Below are positions 41,797 through 52,165 of a DNA stretch of 64,000 nucleotides, one piece after another. A program made the translations under genes and the position numbers. Under the pieces are notes generated by a model, which saw only the letters and a list, made by a program, of their open reading frames with translations, was not told where the DNA came from and made no database searches. Origin of the DNA: Mycobacteriales bacterium (GTDB lineage: Bacteria > Actinomycetota > Actinomycetes > Mycobacteriales > Nakamurellaceae); the NCBI GenBank assembly GCA_038204125.1, contig JBBRDH010000003.1, positions 7,326 to 71,325 on the forward strand. The letters run 5' to 3'. Each line of letters starts with the position of its first letter. The stretch's first letter is position 1.

Positions 41797-42196
41797 GCAG
41801 TGGGGTGCGGCGTAACGCTGGCCTGCTTCCGCCTGACGTCGACCAACCTCACCGCCCAGGCTCTGCCGGTGCTGGACCCGGCCGCTGGCGTCGACCTCGA
41901 TGCCCGGATCGATTGCGGCGGGACCATTCAGTGATGTCGAGGACAAGGCGAGCACAGTATCGGCGTCCGGGGGTCCTGCCGTCGCCCGCGGATCGTTCAA
42001 GTTGCCCAACGGTTTGCCGGCCGCAAAAGTGAGAGTCACCATCGCGCCGCGTCAACAAAGCGACCGATATGCGATGGTCTCGGTGAAACTGCTGAAAGGC
42101 GGCACCGAACCGATCACAGGCTGCGTTGTCTACTACCAGGCCGGCACGGTCAGAGACGTGCAGCGCTGCTTCTGCCAGTTCCAGATCGGCAGTTGA
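41797..42196 (+). pseudogene. Possible frameshifted small secreted-type protein
   Basis: Coding-like codon bias shifts frame near 41915-41930; product unrecognised. Confidence 0.3.
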
Positions 42197-42222
42197 CTGC
42201 GCACCGGGACAGGCGTCGCCGG

Positions 42223-43167
42223 TCAGCTCAGCCAGGGCAGCGGACCGTCGGCGATGCCGATCAGCGACGCGCCCAGCAGCGCTGCACCGTTGACCACCGC
42301 CGAGCATTCGATCGCTCCACCGGCCCGCTGCTGGGTCGCCTCCACCCGGACGGCACCGGCCAGCGTGGGGTCAGCGGTCCGCATCATCATTGCCGCGAAC
42401 GAGCCGCACGAGCGCCCGATAGCCGCGAGACCTGCCGCGTCGGACTGGCCGGCCGCTTCCGGGGTGGTCCAGCCGAGGCGTTCCCTGGCATGCGGTGCCG
42501 AACACGAGACCGGGACCCGGTCCGCTGCGCGCTTGCCGGCCGAGCAGTCGGCGTAGGCCGACGGCGCCCGGCCGCCGCTGATCGCCGCGCGCGCCGTGCC
42601 CAGGTAGCTGAGCAGATTTGCCGGACGCACGATGCAGGCGGACCAGTCACGGCCCACCGCCCGTTCCAGCACGTTGGCGCGGACATGCTGGCCCAGGACC
42701 TCGAGATATGGGCGCCACTGCACATTCTCGGCCGTCGGTTCGGTCAGCTGGGGTTTGCCCCCGACCTCGGGATAGCCCACGTACGTGGTCGCCCTGGCCC
42801 AGCAGTCGTCGACTGCGCCCGCGTCGACGGCACCCGGGTCCGCGGCGCCCGGGTCCCCGGGGCGATTGGATACCCGGCCGGATGCGGCGGCGATCGCCAC
42901 GATCTCCCCCGCCACCACGCCGCTGCACGGACCGAAGGAGACACTCCCGTCGGCCGTGCCGGTCCGCAGTGCGACCGGGGTCGGGTCCGGGTCAGGCGCC
43001 CAGAGCACGCAGTCCCCGACCCGGGGCAGCGGGCCGACGGAGATCGGCCGCGGCGACCCCGCGATCCGGGTCACGACCGCGTTGCCGGTCCCGAACAGAG
43101 AGGAACCGGCGATCAGCGCTGACACTGCGACCACCAGGAGGAGCAGCCCCGCCATGCGACGGCCCAT
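42223..43167 (-). CDS. Septum-formation-family-like membrane-anchored protein, paralog 1
   Basis: TM, GPLPRVGDCV, C.G...GEIVA, GRDWSAC, C..PH..E, C-terminal ASLIG..DGPLPW. Confidence 0.65.
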   Translation of the reverse strand: MGRRMAGLLLLVVAVSALIAGSSLFGTGNAVVTRIAGSPRPISVGPLPRVGDCVLWAPDPDPTPVALRTGTADGSVSFGPCSGVVAGEIVAIAAASGRVSNRPGDPGAADPGAVDAGAVDDCWARATTYVGYPEVGGKPQLTEPTAENVQWRPYLEVLGQHVRANVLERAVGRDWSACIVRPANLLSYLGTARAAISGGRAPSAYADCSAGKRAADRVPVSCSAPHARERLGWTTPEAAGQSDAAGLAAIGRSCGSFAAMMMRTADPTLAGAVRVEATQQRAGGAIECSAVVNGAALLGASLIGIADGPLPWLS

Positions 43168-43252
43168 GAGTCAATCTACCGCCGTCATCCGGGGTTGAGA
43201 AGGACCTTCCGAGCGAACCGGAATGGGAAATCTGCCGGCCGGGCGGTTCGCC

Positions 43253-44350
43253 TCACCCCAGCGGAAGGTCTGCGCCACCGATGCCGATCAGTGTCCCGGT
43301 GAGCCGGCCGGGACCCACCGGCGTGACGTAGCAATTGACCAGATACCGCATCCGGCCCTGCGCTGCGTGCCCGGCCGGGCTCTTGCCGTCCGGATCGCGG
43401 GCGGCCGTACGGGGAACCTCAGCGTCCGCCATCGGTGGCATCGTCCACAGCGTCGAGGCCACGAAACCTATTTGCAGGGCGCCGCCGGCGGTCGGGTCCG
43501 GGCGCCGCATCACCATTGCCACGACGGTGGCACACCGCTCCCGGGCATCTCGCAGCGTCGGCAGTCCGGCCAGGTCGGCGAGGATCTCGAAGGCATGGGG
43601 GCGATCGCAGCGGATGAAGTCCGGGCCGATGGGGTCGCCCAGGATCGACGAGTCCGGGGCCTGCTCGTGCTGGCACCAGCCGAACGCCGCCGGCAACCGG
43701 CCGTCGCCGAACGCCGCCCGGGCCGAGCCGCCATAGCCGCCCGGGACGTCGAGCACCAGCAGACATCCGGACCACCGTTGCCCCATCGCGGCCTGCCTCC
43801 GGTCGGGTCCGATCGCGAGGCTGTGCGCGGTCAACGGCACCGTCGGACGACCGAGAGCAAGCCCGTCGACCGGTGCCGTCGGCCAGCCGAGATAGCGCTG
43901 CTCGGCGACGGTGCAATCGTCCAAGGCCGGATCCTCGGCGACCCGACTGCGTGCCGGATGCAAGCCCGACGCGTCGATCGAGGTCACCTCGCCCACCAGG
44001 ACACCGGAGCAACTGCCAACCACCACCGACGTCCGGCCGACGGCCGCCGAGTTCGCCTCGAGGCCCTGCGCGGGAGCGCTGGTGGTGGGAACGCTGGCGG
44101 TGGGAACGCCGGCGGTAGGAACGCCGCCGGTGGGAACGCCGCCGGTGGGACCGCCGCCGGTGGGACCGTAGGTGGGCGGACCAACGGTCCCCGGCACCAG
44201 CGCCGTGACGCAACTGCCCACCACGGGCGGGCCACTGATCGGCGGCGGCGCAGCCGAGCCGGCCACCTGCCGGCCGATCGCACCCGGGGCGGCGACCAGC
44301 AGCACCAGTCCGAAGCACAAGGTGAGTGCCCCGGTCGACCGCCGGTTCAT
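43253..44350 (-). CDS. Septum-formation-family-like protein, paralog 2
   Basis: TM, GPPVVGSCV, CSG...GEV, GQRWSGC, CDRPHAFE, GTLIGIGGADLPLG. Confidence 0.65.
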   Translation of the reverse strand: MNRRSTGALTLCFGLVLLVAAPGAIGRQVAGSAAPPPISGPPVVGSCVTALVPGTVGPPTYGPTGGGPTGGVPTGGVPTAGVPTASVPTTSAPAQGLEANSAAVGRTSVVVGSCSGVLVGEVTSIDASGLHPARSRVAEDPALDDCTVAEQRYLGWPTAPVDGLALGRPTVPLTAHSLAIGPDRRQAAMGQRWSGCLLVLDVPGGYGGSARAAFGDGRLPAAFGWCQHEQAPDSSILGDPIGPDFIRCDRPHAFEILADLAGLPTLRDARERCATVVAMVMRRPDPTAGGALQIGFVASTLWTMPPMADAEVPRTAARDPDGKSPAGHAAQGRMRYLVNCYVTPVGPGRLTGTLIGIGGADLPLG

Positions 44351-44361
44351 CAGCCGAAAGT

Positions 44362-44389
44362 ACTCGTCTGCCCAGGCCCTGACATTCCC
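44362..44389 (-). promoter_or_regulatory. ECF-type promoter candidate
   Basis: GGGAAT-N17-CGAGT ending 11 nt before the ATG at 44350. Confidence 0.4.
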
Positions 44390-44419
44390 GGTCGGACCCG
44401 AAGCTGTCAGAGTCGGTGG

Positions 44420-45928
44420 ATGCCAGCAGAACCCAAGTCCGACGGCGGTGACCCCATCTTCGACAGAATCCCGCCTGCCGACGAAACCTCCGTCCAGCAT
44501 TTCGATGTACTGATCATCGGCGCCGGACTGTCCGGCATCGGCGCCGCGCATCATCTGCAGGACAAGTGCCCCGGCACGACCTACGGGATCCTCGAGGCCC
44601 GCGACCGGCTCGGCGGGACGTGGGACCTGTTCCGCTATCCGGGCGTCCGGTCGGACTCGGACATGTTCACGCTCGGCTATCGACTCAGGCCGTGGTCGGC
44701 CGGACAGGCGATCGCCGACGGACCCTCGATCCTGGGCTACGTCGAGCAGACCGCCCGCGAACAGGGCATCGACCGGCACATCCGGTTCGGGCACCGGGTC
44801 GCCCGGGCCCGTTGGTCGACGGCGCAGGCCTGCTGGACGGTCACCGCACAGCGGGCCGACGACACGATCGAATTCACCTGCGGTTTCCTGTACTGCTGCA
44901 GTGGCTATTACCGTTATGACGAGGGTTTCACGCCGACCTGGCCCGGCACGGAAACGTTTGTGGGTCGCCTCATCCATCCTCAGCACTGGCCTGCCGACCT
45001 CGACTACGCCGGCAAACGGGTTGTCGTCATCGGTAGCGGAGCCACGGCCGTCACCCTGGTACCCGCAATAGCAACCACCGCCGCCTCGGTGACGATGCTG
45101 CAGCGCTCACCGAGCTACGTTCTGGCGATACCCGCCGACGACGTGATCGCCGTTGCGGCACAACGTTTCCTGCCGCCGAAGCCGGCTTTCCTGCTGATCC
45201 GGTGGAAGAACATCCTGACGAGCGCGATCATCTACGCGATCAGCCGTCGCCGGCCGGAATTTCTCAAGAAGTTGATTCGCCAGGGCGTGCAGAAACAGCT
45301 ACCCGACGGTTACGACGTCGACAAACATTTCGCCCCGACCTACAACCCCTGGGACCAGCGGCTGTGCCTGGTGCCCGACGGCGATCTGTTCACCGCGATC
45401 AGAACCGGCCGTGCGTCGATAGTGACCGACCAGATCGACACCTTTACCGGGAACGGGGTGAAACTCTCCTCAGGTCGCGAACTCGAGGCCGACATCGTCG
45501 TCACCGCAACGGGTCTGAATCTGCTGGCTTTCGGCGGAATACAACTCAGCGTTGACGGGAAGCCGGTGGACCTGCCGGAGACGATGGCCTACAAGAGTCT
45601 GATGCTGACCTCGGTGCCCAACTTCGCCTTCGCCGTCGGCTATACCAACGCGTCGTGGACGCTCAAGGTGGACCTGACCTCTGAGTACGTCTGCCGGTTG
45701 CTCAATTTCCTGGACGCCAACCACTACCGTTGGTGCGTACCGGTTCCCAGCGCGGGGGTCGAAGGGCAGCCGTTCCTCGATTTCCGGGCCGGATACGTGC
45801 TGCGGTCGCTGCACGAATTTCCGAAACAGGGCAACAGGGTTCCGTGGCGGGTGACGATGAACTACCTGCGGGATCTGCGCGCCCTGCGCCGTGGGCCGGT
45901 CACCGATGAAATGCAATTCCACCGGTGA
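44420..45928 (+). CDS. Flavin-containing (Baeyer-Villiger-type, EthA-like) monooxygenase
   Basis: IIGAGLSG, GGTWDLFRYPGVRSDSD, HPQHWP, VIGSGATA, LQRSPSY, TATG. Confidence 0.93.
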   Translation: MPAEPKSDGGDPIFDRIPPADETSVQHFDVLIIGAGLSGIGAAHHLQDKCPGTTYGILEARDRLGGTWDLFRYPGVRSDSDMFTLGYRLRPWSAGQAIADGPSILGYVEQTAREQGIDRHIRFGHRVARARWSTAQACWTVTAQRADDTIEFTCGFLYCCSGYYRYDEGFTPTWPGTETFVGRLIHPQHWPADLDYAGKRVVVIGSGATAVTLVPAIATTAASVTMLQRSPSYVLAIPADDVIAVAAQRFLPPKPAFLLIRWKNILTSAIIYAISRRRPEFLKKLIRQGVQKQLPDGYDVDKHFAPTYNPWDQRLCLVPDGDLFTAIRTGRASIVTDQIDTFTGNGVKLSSGRELEADIVVTATGLNLLAFGGIQLSVDGKPVDLPETMAYKSLMLTSVPNFAFAVGYTNASWTLKVDLTSEYVCRLLNFLDANHYRWCVPVPSAGVEGQPFLDFRAGYVLRSLHEFPKQGNRVPWRVTMNYLRDLRALRRGPVTDEMQFHR

Positions 45929-45956
45929 CCGGTCGCAGTCCGAAAGGCGGGATGGC

Positions 45957-48890
45957 TCAGGCGTACGCCTCGACCGGCGGGCACGAGCAGACCAGATGCC
46001 GGTCACCGAAGGCGCCGTCGATCCGGGCCACCGGCGGGAAGTACTTGCGGCCGGGTACCACCCCGGTTGGAAAGACGGCCTCGCTGCGGGTGTACGGATG
46101 GTCCCACTCCCCGACGAGTGAGGCCGCGGTGTGCGGAGCGCCGCGCAGCGGATTGTCGGCGGCGGGCCAGGTACCGTCTCCGACCTTGTCGATCTCGCCC
46201 TTGATCGCGATCATCGCGTCGCAGAACCGGTTGATCTCGGCCAGGTCCTCGCTCTCCGTCGGTTCGACCATCAACGTACCGGCCACCGGGAACGACATGG
46301 TCGGAGCGTGGAACCCGTAGTCCGCCAACCGCTTTGCCACGTCGTCGACGGTGACCCCGGTGGCCGCGGTGATCGGCCGCAGATCGAGGATGCACTCGTG
46401 GGCGACGAATCCGCCGGCGTCGGTGTACAGCACCGGGTAGTGCTCGTCCAGGCGTCGAGCGATGTAGTTCGCCGAGGCGATCGCGGTGAGGGTGGCCCGC
46501 CGGAGCCCCTGCGCGCCCATCATCCGGATATAGGCCCAGGAGATCGGCAGAATCGACGCGGACCCCCAGGGCGCGGCCGAGATGGCGCCGATCCCGGTCG
46601 CCGGGCCGGCTTGCCGCACCAGCGGCGAATTGGGCAGGAACGGCGCCAGGTGGGCCGCCACCCCGACCGGACCGACCCCGGGACCGCCGCCGCCGTGCGG
46701 GATGCAGAACGTCTTGTGCAGGTTCAGGTGCGATACGTCGCCGCCGAACGCGCCGGGCTTCGCGACGCCGACCAGCGCGTTGAGGTTGGCTCCATCGACG
46801 TAGACCTGGCCGCCCGCCGCGTGCACGATCTCGGCCAGTTCGGTGATGGTGTCCTCGAAGACGCCGTGGGTGGAGGGGTAGGTGACCATGATGGCCGCCA
46901 GCACGTCCGCGTGCGCCTCGACCTTGGCCCGCAGGTCGGCCATGTCGATGTTGCCGGCCTTGTCGGTGCCGACGACGACGACCTTCATCCCGGCCATCAC
47001 CGCGGAGGCCGCGTTCGTGCCGTGCGCGCTCGCCGGGATCAGGCAGACGGTCCGCTGCCCGTCGCCTCGGGACCGGTGGTAGGCGCGGATGGCCAGCAGA
47101 CCCGTCAATTCACCCTGCGACCCGGCGTTGGGCTGCAGGGAAACCGCGGCGTAGCCGGTGATCTCGATCAGCCACCGCTCCAACTGCCCGATCAACTCCA
47201 GCAGCCCGGCCGCGTCCTCTAGCGGCGCGAACGGGTGCAGCCCGGAGAATTCCGGCCAGGTCACCGGTTCCATCTCGGTGGTGGCGTTGAGCTTCATGGT
47301 GCACGAACCGAGCGGGATCATCGTCCGGTCCAGCGCGAGATCCAGGTCGGACAGCCGGCGGAGGTAGCGCATCATCGCGGTTTCCGACCGGTGCTCGTGG
47401 AACACCGGGTGCGTCAGGTATTCCGACGTCCGGCCCAGTTCGCCGAAGCCACCCAAGCTCTCGGAGCCGTCGAGATCAACCGCGACCTGAAAAGAGCTCG
47501 GCGGGACTTCCGCTGCTCCGAAGGCAGCCAGGACCGAAGACAGATGAGCAGCACTCGACTTCTCGGACACCGAGATCTGGACGGCGTCCGGGCCGTCGGC
47601 CCACAGGTTGATCCCCGATTCGCGGGCAGCGGCCAGCACCTGCGCCGAGCGGCCGGGGACCAGGGCCCGCACGGTATCGAAGAACACCTCGTGCTCGATG
47701 TCGACGCCGGCAGCCCGCAGCTCCTGCGCCAGCAGGGCAGCCTGCAGATGCGCCTTTCCGGCGATCCGGCGCAGACCCTCGGGCCCGTGGTAGACGGCGT
47801 ACATCGACGCCATCACCGCCAGCAGGACCTGCGCAGTGCAGATGTTGGACGTGGCCTTCTCCCGGCGGATGTGCTGCTCCCTGGTCTGCAGGGCCAGCCG
47901 GTACGCGGTCGACCCGGCCGCGTCGTGGGACACCCCCACCAGCCGGCCGGGGAGCTGCCTCTGGAGGTCGGCGCGGACGGCGAGATAGCCGGCGTGCGGG
48001 CCGCCGAAACCGATCGGCACCCCGAACCGCTGCGAGCTGCCGACCGCGACGTCGGCGCCGAAATCACCCGGCGGACGCAGCAGAGCCAGCGCCAGCAGAT
48101 CGGCCGCCACCGCCACCTTCGCGTGCCGGTCGTGCGCTGCGGTGACGATCTCCGACTGGTCGCGAACCGCCCCGGACGCCCCCGGGTACGACAGCAGGAC
48201 GCCGAAGAAGTCACCGTCCGGCAGGCCACCGCCGGCGGCGTAGAGGTCGGTGATCACCACTTCGATGCCCAGCGGCTCCGCCCGGGTGGTCAGCACCGCG
48301 ATCGTCTGCGGCAGGGTGTCGGCGTCGACGACGAACCTGTTGGACTTCGACTTGGCGGTGCGGCGGATCAGGGTCATCGCCTCGGCCGCCGCGGTCGCCT
48401 CGTCGAGCATCGAGGCGTTCGCGATGTCCAGACCGGTCAGGTCCGTGACGGTCGTCTGGAAGTTGAGCAGCGCCTCGAGCCGACCCTGGGAGATCTCCGG
48501 CTGATACGGCGTGTAAGCCGTGTACCAGGCCGGATTCTCCATCACGTTGCGCTTGATCACGCCCGGGGTGATGGTCTCCGAATAGCCCATCCCGATCATC
48601 TGCACCATCGGGGTGTTGTGCGCCGCGAACCGGCGGAGTTCGGCCAGCGTCTGCGTCTCGGTGGCCGGTGCCGGCAGGTCGAGCGGATCGGTGAGCCTGA
48701 TCGCCGCCGGGACGACGGAGCGCTCCAGCGCGTCGAGGTCGGCCTGGTCGAGTGCCGAGAGCAATGCCGTGAGGCCGGGGGCGTCAATGCCCACATGCCG
48801 GTCGGCGAACGCCTCCGGGTCCAGCGGGGACGGACCGGACAGGTCGGTGTGCGCGGCCACGCTGCGATTCGTGCGGTCGATCGGGCTCAT
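45957..48890 (-). CDS. gcvP: Glycine dehydrogenase (glycine cleavage P protein)
   Basis: [48 protein letters not shown]. Confidence 0.98.
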   Translation of the reverse strand: MSPIDRTNRSVAAHTDLSGPSPLDPEAFADRHVGIDAPGLTALLSALDQADLDALERSVVPAAIRLTDPLDLPAPATETQTLAELRRFAAHNTPMVQMIGMGYSETITPGVIKRNVMENPAWYTAYTPYQPEISQGRLEALLNFQTTVTDLTGLDIANASMLDEATAAAEAMTLIRRTAKSKSNRFVVDADTLPQTIAVLTTRAEPLGIEVVITDLYAAGGGLPDGDFFGVLLSYPGASGAVRDQSEIVTAAHDRHAKVAVAADLLALALLRPPGDFGADVAVGSSQRFGVPIGFGGPHAGYLAVRADLQRQLPGRLVGVSHDAAGSTAYRLALQTREQHIRREKATSNICTAQVLLAVMASMYAVYHGPEGLRRIAGKAHLQAALLAQELRAAGVDIEHEVFFDTVRALVPGRSAQVLAAARESGINLWADGPDAVQISVSEKSSAAHLSSVLAAFGAAEVPPSSFQVAVDLDGSESLGGFGELGRTSEYLTHPVFHEHRSETAMMRYLRRLSDLDLALDRTMIPLGSCTMKLNATTEMEPVTWPEFSGLHPFAPLEDAAGLLELIGQLERWLIEITGYAAVSLQPNAGSQGELTGLLAIRAYHRSRGDGQRTVCLIPASAHGTNAASAVMAGMKVVVVGTDKAGNIDMADLRAKVEAHADVLAAIMVTYPSTHGVFEDTITELAEIVHAAGGQVYVDGANLNALVGVAKPGAFGGDVSHLNLHKTFCIPHGGGGPGVGPVGVAAHLAPFLPNSPLVRQAGPATGIGAISAAPWGSASILPISWAYIRMMGAQGLRRATLTAIASANYIARRLDEHYPVLYTDAGGFVAHECILDLRPITAATGVTVDDVAKRLADYGFHAPTMSFPVAGTLMVEPTESEDLAEINRFCDAMIAIKGEIDKVGDGTWPAADNPLRGAPHTAASLVGEWDHPYTRSEAVFPTGVVPGRKYFPPVARIDGAFGDRHLVCSCPPVEAYA

Positions 48891-48994
48891 CTGTTCGCCT
48901 GTTCTGCTCCGGCGGCCGGTGGGCCGGGACCTGATGAAAGGGACGGGATCAACGACGCCGCTGGGCCGGCAAACCGGCACGCTGCGGCGTCTCC

Positions 48995-49255
48995 CCCTCT
49001 GTCATCGGTGCCTGAGAGCTTCTCCCGGACGTTCCCGGTGACCGGCCGAAATCTGGCCGTCAACGGAAATGCGCGGGCTTGCCCCTTCGGCGGAGCGACC
49101 GGATGACCGGTCGCCCTCTTTCCAGAGGTGTCTGTCCCCCACGGTTCGGCGGCCTGAGAGTTTGGCGGGGAGAGTTGCTCCTTCGGCGTCCGGGTCGGCC
49201 CGCCGTCCACCCTGATCAAACGGGCCGGCCGACCGCTCGAACTCTCCCGTGGGGG
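48995..49255 (-). ncRNA. Tandem glycine riboswitch
   Basis: Minus strand: ACGGGAGAG..GCCGAAGGAGCAA..AAACTCTCAGGC..GGACAGA..CTCTGGAAAG..CCGAAGGGGCAA..GCTCTCAGGC..ACAGAG upstream of gcvP. Confidence 0.93.
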
Positions 49256-49325
49256 GTCAAGCGACCTCACAACGGTACCAGCGGGTGCCCGTCGCAAGCC
49301 GAATGTGACCGACTCGGCAGGTCGG

Positions 49326-50774
49326 TCAACGCCGGTCGTTGACCAGGGCGACGTGGTGTTCAGCCCCTCGGTGCAGGTCCAGTTGGACCGAGACGCCCGT
49401 GCTCCGGGCAGCCAGTAGCGCGGTTCCGGCGGTGGCGAGGACACAGACGCCTCCGGACACGACGAGCGCCACCGGCGCCCCCCAGCGCTCGGTGATCGCC
49501 CCCACCACCACAGAACCCAGCGGGGTGCCGCCCATGAAGACCAGCATGTAGAGGCTCATCACCCGCCCCCTGAGTTCGGGAACGGTGGACAGCTGGACGG
49601 TCGAGTTGGCCAGGGTGTTGAAGGTGACCGAGAGGAATCCGGTGACCACCAGCAGCGCGACGAACAATGGGAACCAGCCGGCCGCGCCGAGCAGGACCAG
49701 CAGGACGCCGAAGCCTGCGGCCGAGCCGAAGAGCAGCGCGAGGCGACCGGTCACCCGGCGGGCGGCGAGCAGCGCCCCGGCCACCGAACCGCCGGCGATG
49801 GCCGTGTTGAGCAGGCCGTAGATGTCGGCACCGGAGTGAAAGACGTTCTTCGTGTAGGCGGACAGAATGATGGCGAAGTTATAGCCGAAGGTGCCGATGA
49901 AGAAGACCAGGACGATGGGCCACAACAGTTCCGGACGGCTCCGCACGTATCGCAGGCCCTGCATGATCTGGCCCGGTCCGCGGTCGGCATGTGGCTGCCG
50001 CTGGAGTTCCCCGGTGCGCATCGCGACCAGGCCGGCCAACACGGCGAGATAGGTCACCGCGTTGCCGGCGAACGCCCAGCCGGACCCGACCACGCTGATC
50101 ACGATCCCGGCCAGCGCCGGACCGAGCATTCTGGCCAATTGGAAATTGCCCGAGTTCAGGCTGACCGCGTTGCGGACCAGCCGCGGCGGGACCATCTCGT
50201 TGACGAAGGTCTGCCGGGCCGGGTTGTCCACCACGGTGGCGACGCCCAACGCGAACGCGATGACATAGACCTGCCACACCTGCACGCTGCCGCGCAGGGT
50301 CAGTACCGCGAGCAGCGCGGCCAGCAGACCCATGCACGACTGGGTGATCAGCATCAGCGTCCGCTTGGGATAGCGATCCGCGATCAGGCCTCCCCACAGC
50401 CCGAACAGCAACATAGGCAGAAACTGCAGCGCGGTGGTGATGCCGACCGCGAGCGGCGAGTTGGTCAGCTGCAGCACCAACCAGTCCTGGGCGATCCGTT
50501 GCATCCAGGTGCCGGTGTTGGACACCACCTGCCCGACAAAGAAAAGCCGGTAGTTGCGGACGGCCAACGCCGCAAACATGGGCACCCGCCCCGTTGATTC
50601 CACCGTGGATTCCCCCAGTGATGCAGCCGGTGATCCAGCCGGTGATTCAGCGCGTGATTCGGCGCGTGATCCCTCAGGTGAGTCCTGCGGCAGGCCGGTA
50701 ACCGGCTGATTGGCGACCGGCAGGGAGCTGGTGTCCCTGGTCCCGGTGCTCACTCGAGCCCGCGCGGGGGTCAT
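49326..50774 (-). CDS. MFS transporter
   Basis: NYRLFFVGQVVSNTGTWMQRIAQDWLVL, GLIADRYPKR, ELRGRVMS; ATGA overlap with marR. Confidence 0.92.
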   Translation of the reverse strand: MTPARARVSTGTRDTSSLPVANQPVTGLPQDSPEGSRAESRAESPAGSPAASLGESTVESTGRVPMFAALAVRNYRLFFVGQVVSNTGTWMQRIAQDWLVLQLTNSPLAVGITTALQFLPMLLFGLWGGLIADRYPKRTLMLITQSCMGLLAALLAVLTLRGSVQVWQVYVIAFALGVATVVDNPARQTFVNEMVPPRLVRNAVSLNSGNFQLARMLGPALAGIVISVVGSGWAFAGNAVTYLAVLAGLVAMRTGELQRQPHADRGPGQIMQGLRYVRSRPELLWPIVLVFFIGTFGYNFAIILSAYTKNVFHSGADIYGLLNTAIAGGSVAGALLAARRVTGRLALLFGSAAGFGVLLVLLGAAGWFPLFVALLVVTGFLSVTFNTLANSTVQLSTVPELRGRVMSLYMLVFMGGTPLGSVVVGAITERWGAPVALVVSGGVCVLATAGTALLAARSTGVSVQLDLHRGAEHHVALVNDRR

Positions 50775-51247
50775 TCCAGCTCCGCCAGGCGGCGAAGAGC
50801 CGGGCCGGCGGCAGCCAGGACCGCCTGATCGGCGTCATCGAGCCGGCTGAGCTGAAAAGCGAGCCAGGCCGTCCGGACCAGCCGCGACTGTTCGACGAAT
50901 TCATCGCCGGCCGGCGTCCGGGAGACCAGCACCTGACGTCGGTCGTCCGGGTGCGGATCGCGCCGCAGATATCCCCTGGCCTCGAGTCGCTCGATGATCC
51001 TGGTCATCGAGGGAGGCTGGACGTGTTCACATCTGGCGAGTTGTCCCGGCGTCATCGGGCCTGCCGCACCGACTCGGCCCATCACTGCCGACTCGGAGGG
51101 CGACAGGTCGTCGCCGGCCTGTTGCTGCCGGAGCCGCCGGCCCAGGATCAACACCGCGCCACGCAGCACAGCGACCTCGTCGCCGACGTCCGGGGTACGG
51201 ACCGCGGTGGGGTCGGTCGGTGTACCTGGGTCAACAGCGTGGGTCAT
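50771..51247 (-). CDS. MarR-family regulator
   Basis: LSPSE, MTPGQLA..EHVQPPSMTRII..LE..G...R.PHPDDRR. Confidence 0.92.
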   Translation of the reverse strand: MTHAVDPGTPTDPTAVRTPDVGDEVAVLRGAVLILGRRLRQQQAGDDLSPSESAVMGRVGAAGPMTPGQLARCEHVQPPSMTRIIERLEARGYLRRDPHPDDRRQVLVSRTPAGDEFVEQSRLVRTAWLAFQLSRLDDADQAVLAAAGPALRRLAELE

Positions 51248-51358
51248 GTCCTTAGTTTACCTCATAGTTAGGTAGACTCAAGGGATTGGGTGCGCCGTGC
51301 GGAGGGCGCCGTCGGCCGCGCTACAACGACACGAAGGCAGCTGCAAACGTCGGGAAAA

Positions 51359-51898
51359 TCAGCTGGCGCGGGATTGCCGCCGCTTGGCCAGTTCGTCCTG
51401 CGCTACCGGCACCACCCGGTCGCCGTCGACCCGCTCCGCGGGAAATTCCGCGAGGGTGCCGGTCATCTCACGCATGGCGCCGCCGACCGCGATCCCGAAA
51501 ACACCCTGTCCGCCTTGCAGCAGGTCGACAATTTCCTCCGGCGAGGTGCACTCGTAGACCGTCGACCCGTCGGAGAACAGCGTGACACCCGCCAGATCCT
51601 CGACGCCCCGGAGCCGCAGGTGGTCGACCGCGACCCGGATGTTGTGCAACGAGACCCCGGTGTCCAGCAGCCGCTTCACGACCTTGAGTACGAGGATGTC
51701 CTTGAACGAATAGAGCCGCTGGGTGCCTGAGCCGGTCGCATCCCGCACCGTCGGCACCACCAGCGAGGTCCGCGCCCAGTAGTCGAGCTGGCGGTAGGTG
51801 ATCCCGGCAGCCTGACAAGCCGTGGTGCCTCGGTAGCCGACATATTCGTCCGGCAACGAAGCGTCCGGGAACAGTGCCCCCTGCTCGCTGCCTCGCAT
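51359..51898 (-). CDS. MerR-family regulator (Rv1830-like)
   Basis: GYRG..AC.AAGITYRQLDYWART, GSGTQRLYSFKDILVLK. Confidence 0.93.
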   Translation of the reverse strand: MRGSEQGALFPDASLPDEYVGYRGTTACQAAGITYRQLDYWARTSLVVPTVRDATGSGTQRLYSFKDILVLKVVKRLLDTGVSLHNIRVAVDHLRLRGVEDLAGVTLFSDGSTVYECTSPEEIVDLLQGGQGVFGIAVGGAMREMTGTLAEFPAERVDGDRVVPVAQDELAKRRQSRAS

Positions 51899-52099
51899 GC
51901 CGCCGCCCTCCTGCCGATGCTGCCCGACGCACTGCCTCGCGGGCCTCGCATGTCCTGCCGCAATCAATCCTGCTGCAATAAGTCCTGCCGTGATGTGAGC
52001 TGCCGTCTCGGGTCCACTTGGACGACGAATGACAAAAGCGCAACTCCTGCTGACGGTAGGCCCGCCACGGTCGGTGGTCAACGTCCGGACCGGGCGTGT

Positions 52100-52124
52100 C
52101 CTCTACCTTCGCTCAAGGTAGAGG
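52100..52124. promoter_or_regulatory. Perfect 10-bp inverted repeat (operator or terminator)
   Basis: CCTCTACCTT-cgctc-AAGGTAGAGG. Confidence 0.6.
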
Positions 52125-52165
52125 CTTGAACGGCCGGAAGCTGACACCCCGGCCCCGCGACTTCC

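Noticed and set aside
43223-45928. 901-aa monooxygenase fusion
   Set aside because: The N-terminal 400 codons are antisense to septum paralog 2
47235-49106. 623-aa plus-strand ORF
   Set aside because: Antisense shadow of gcvP
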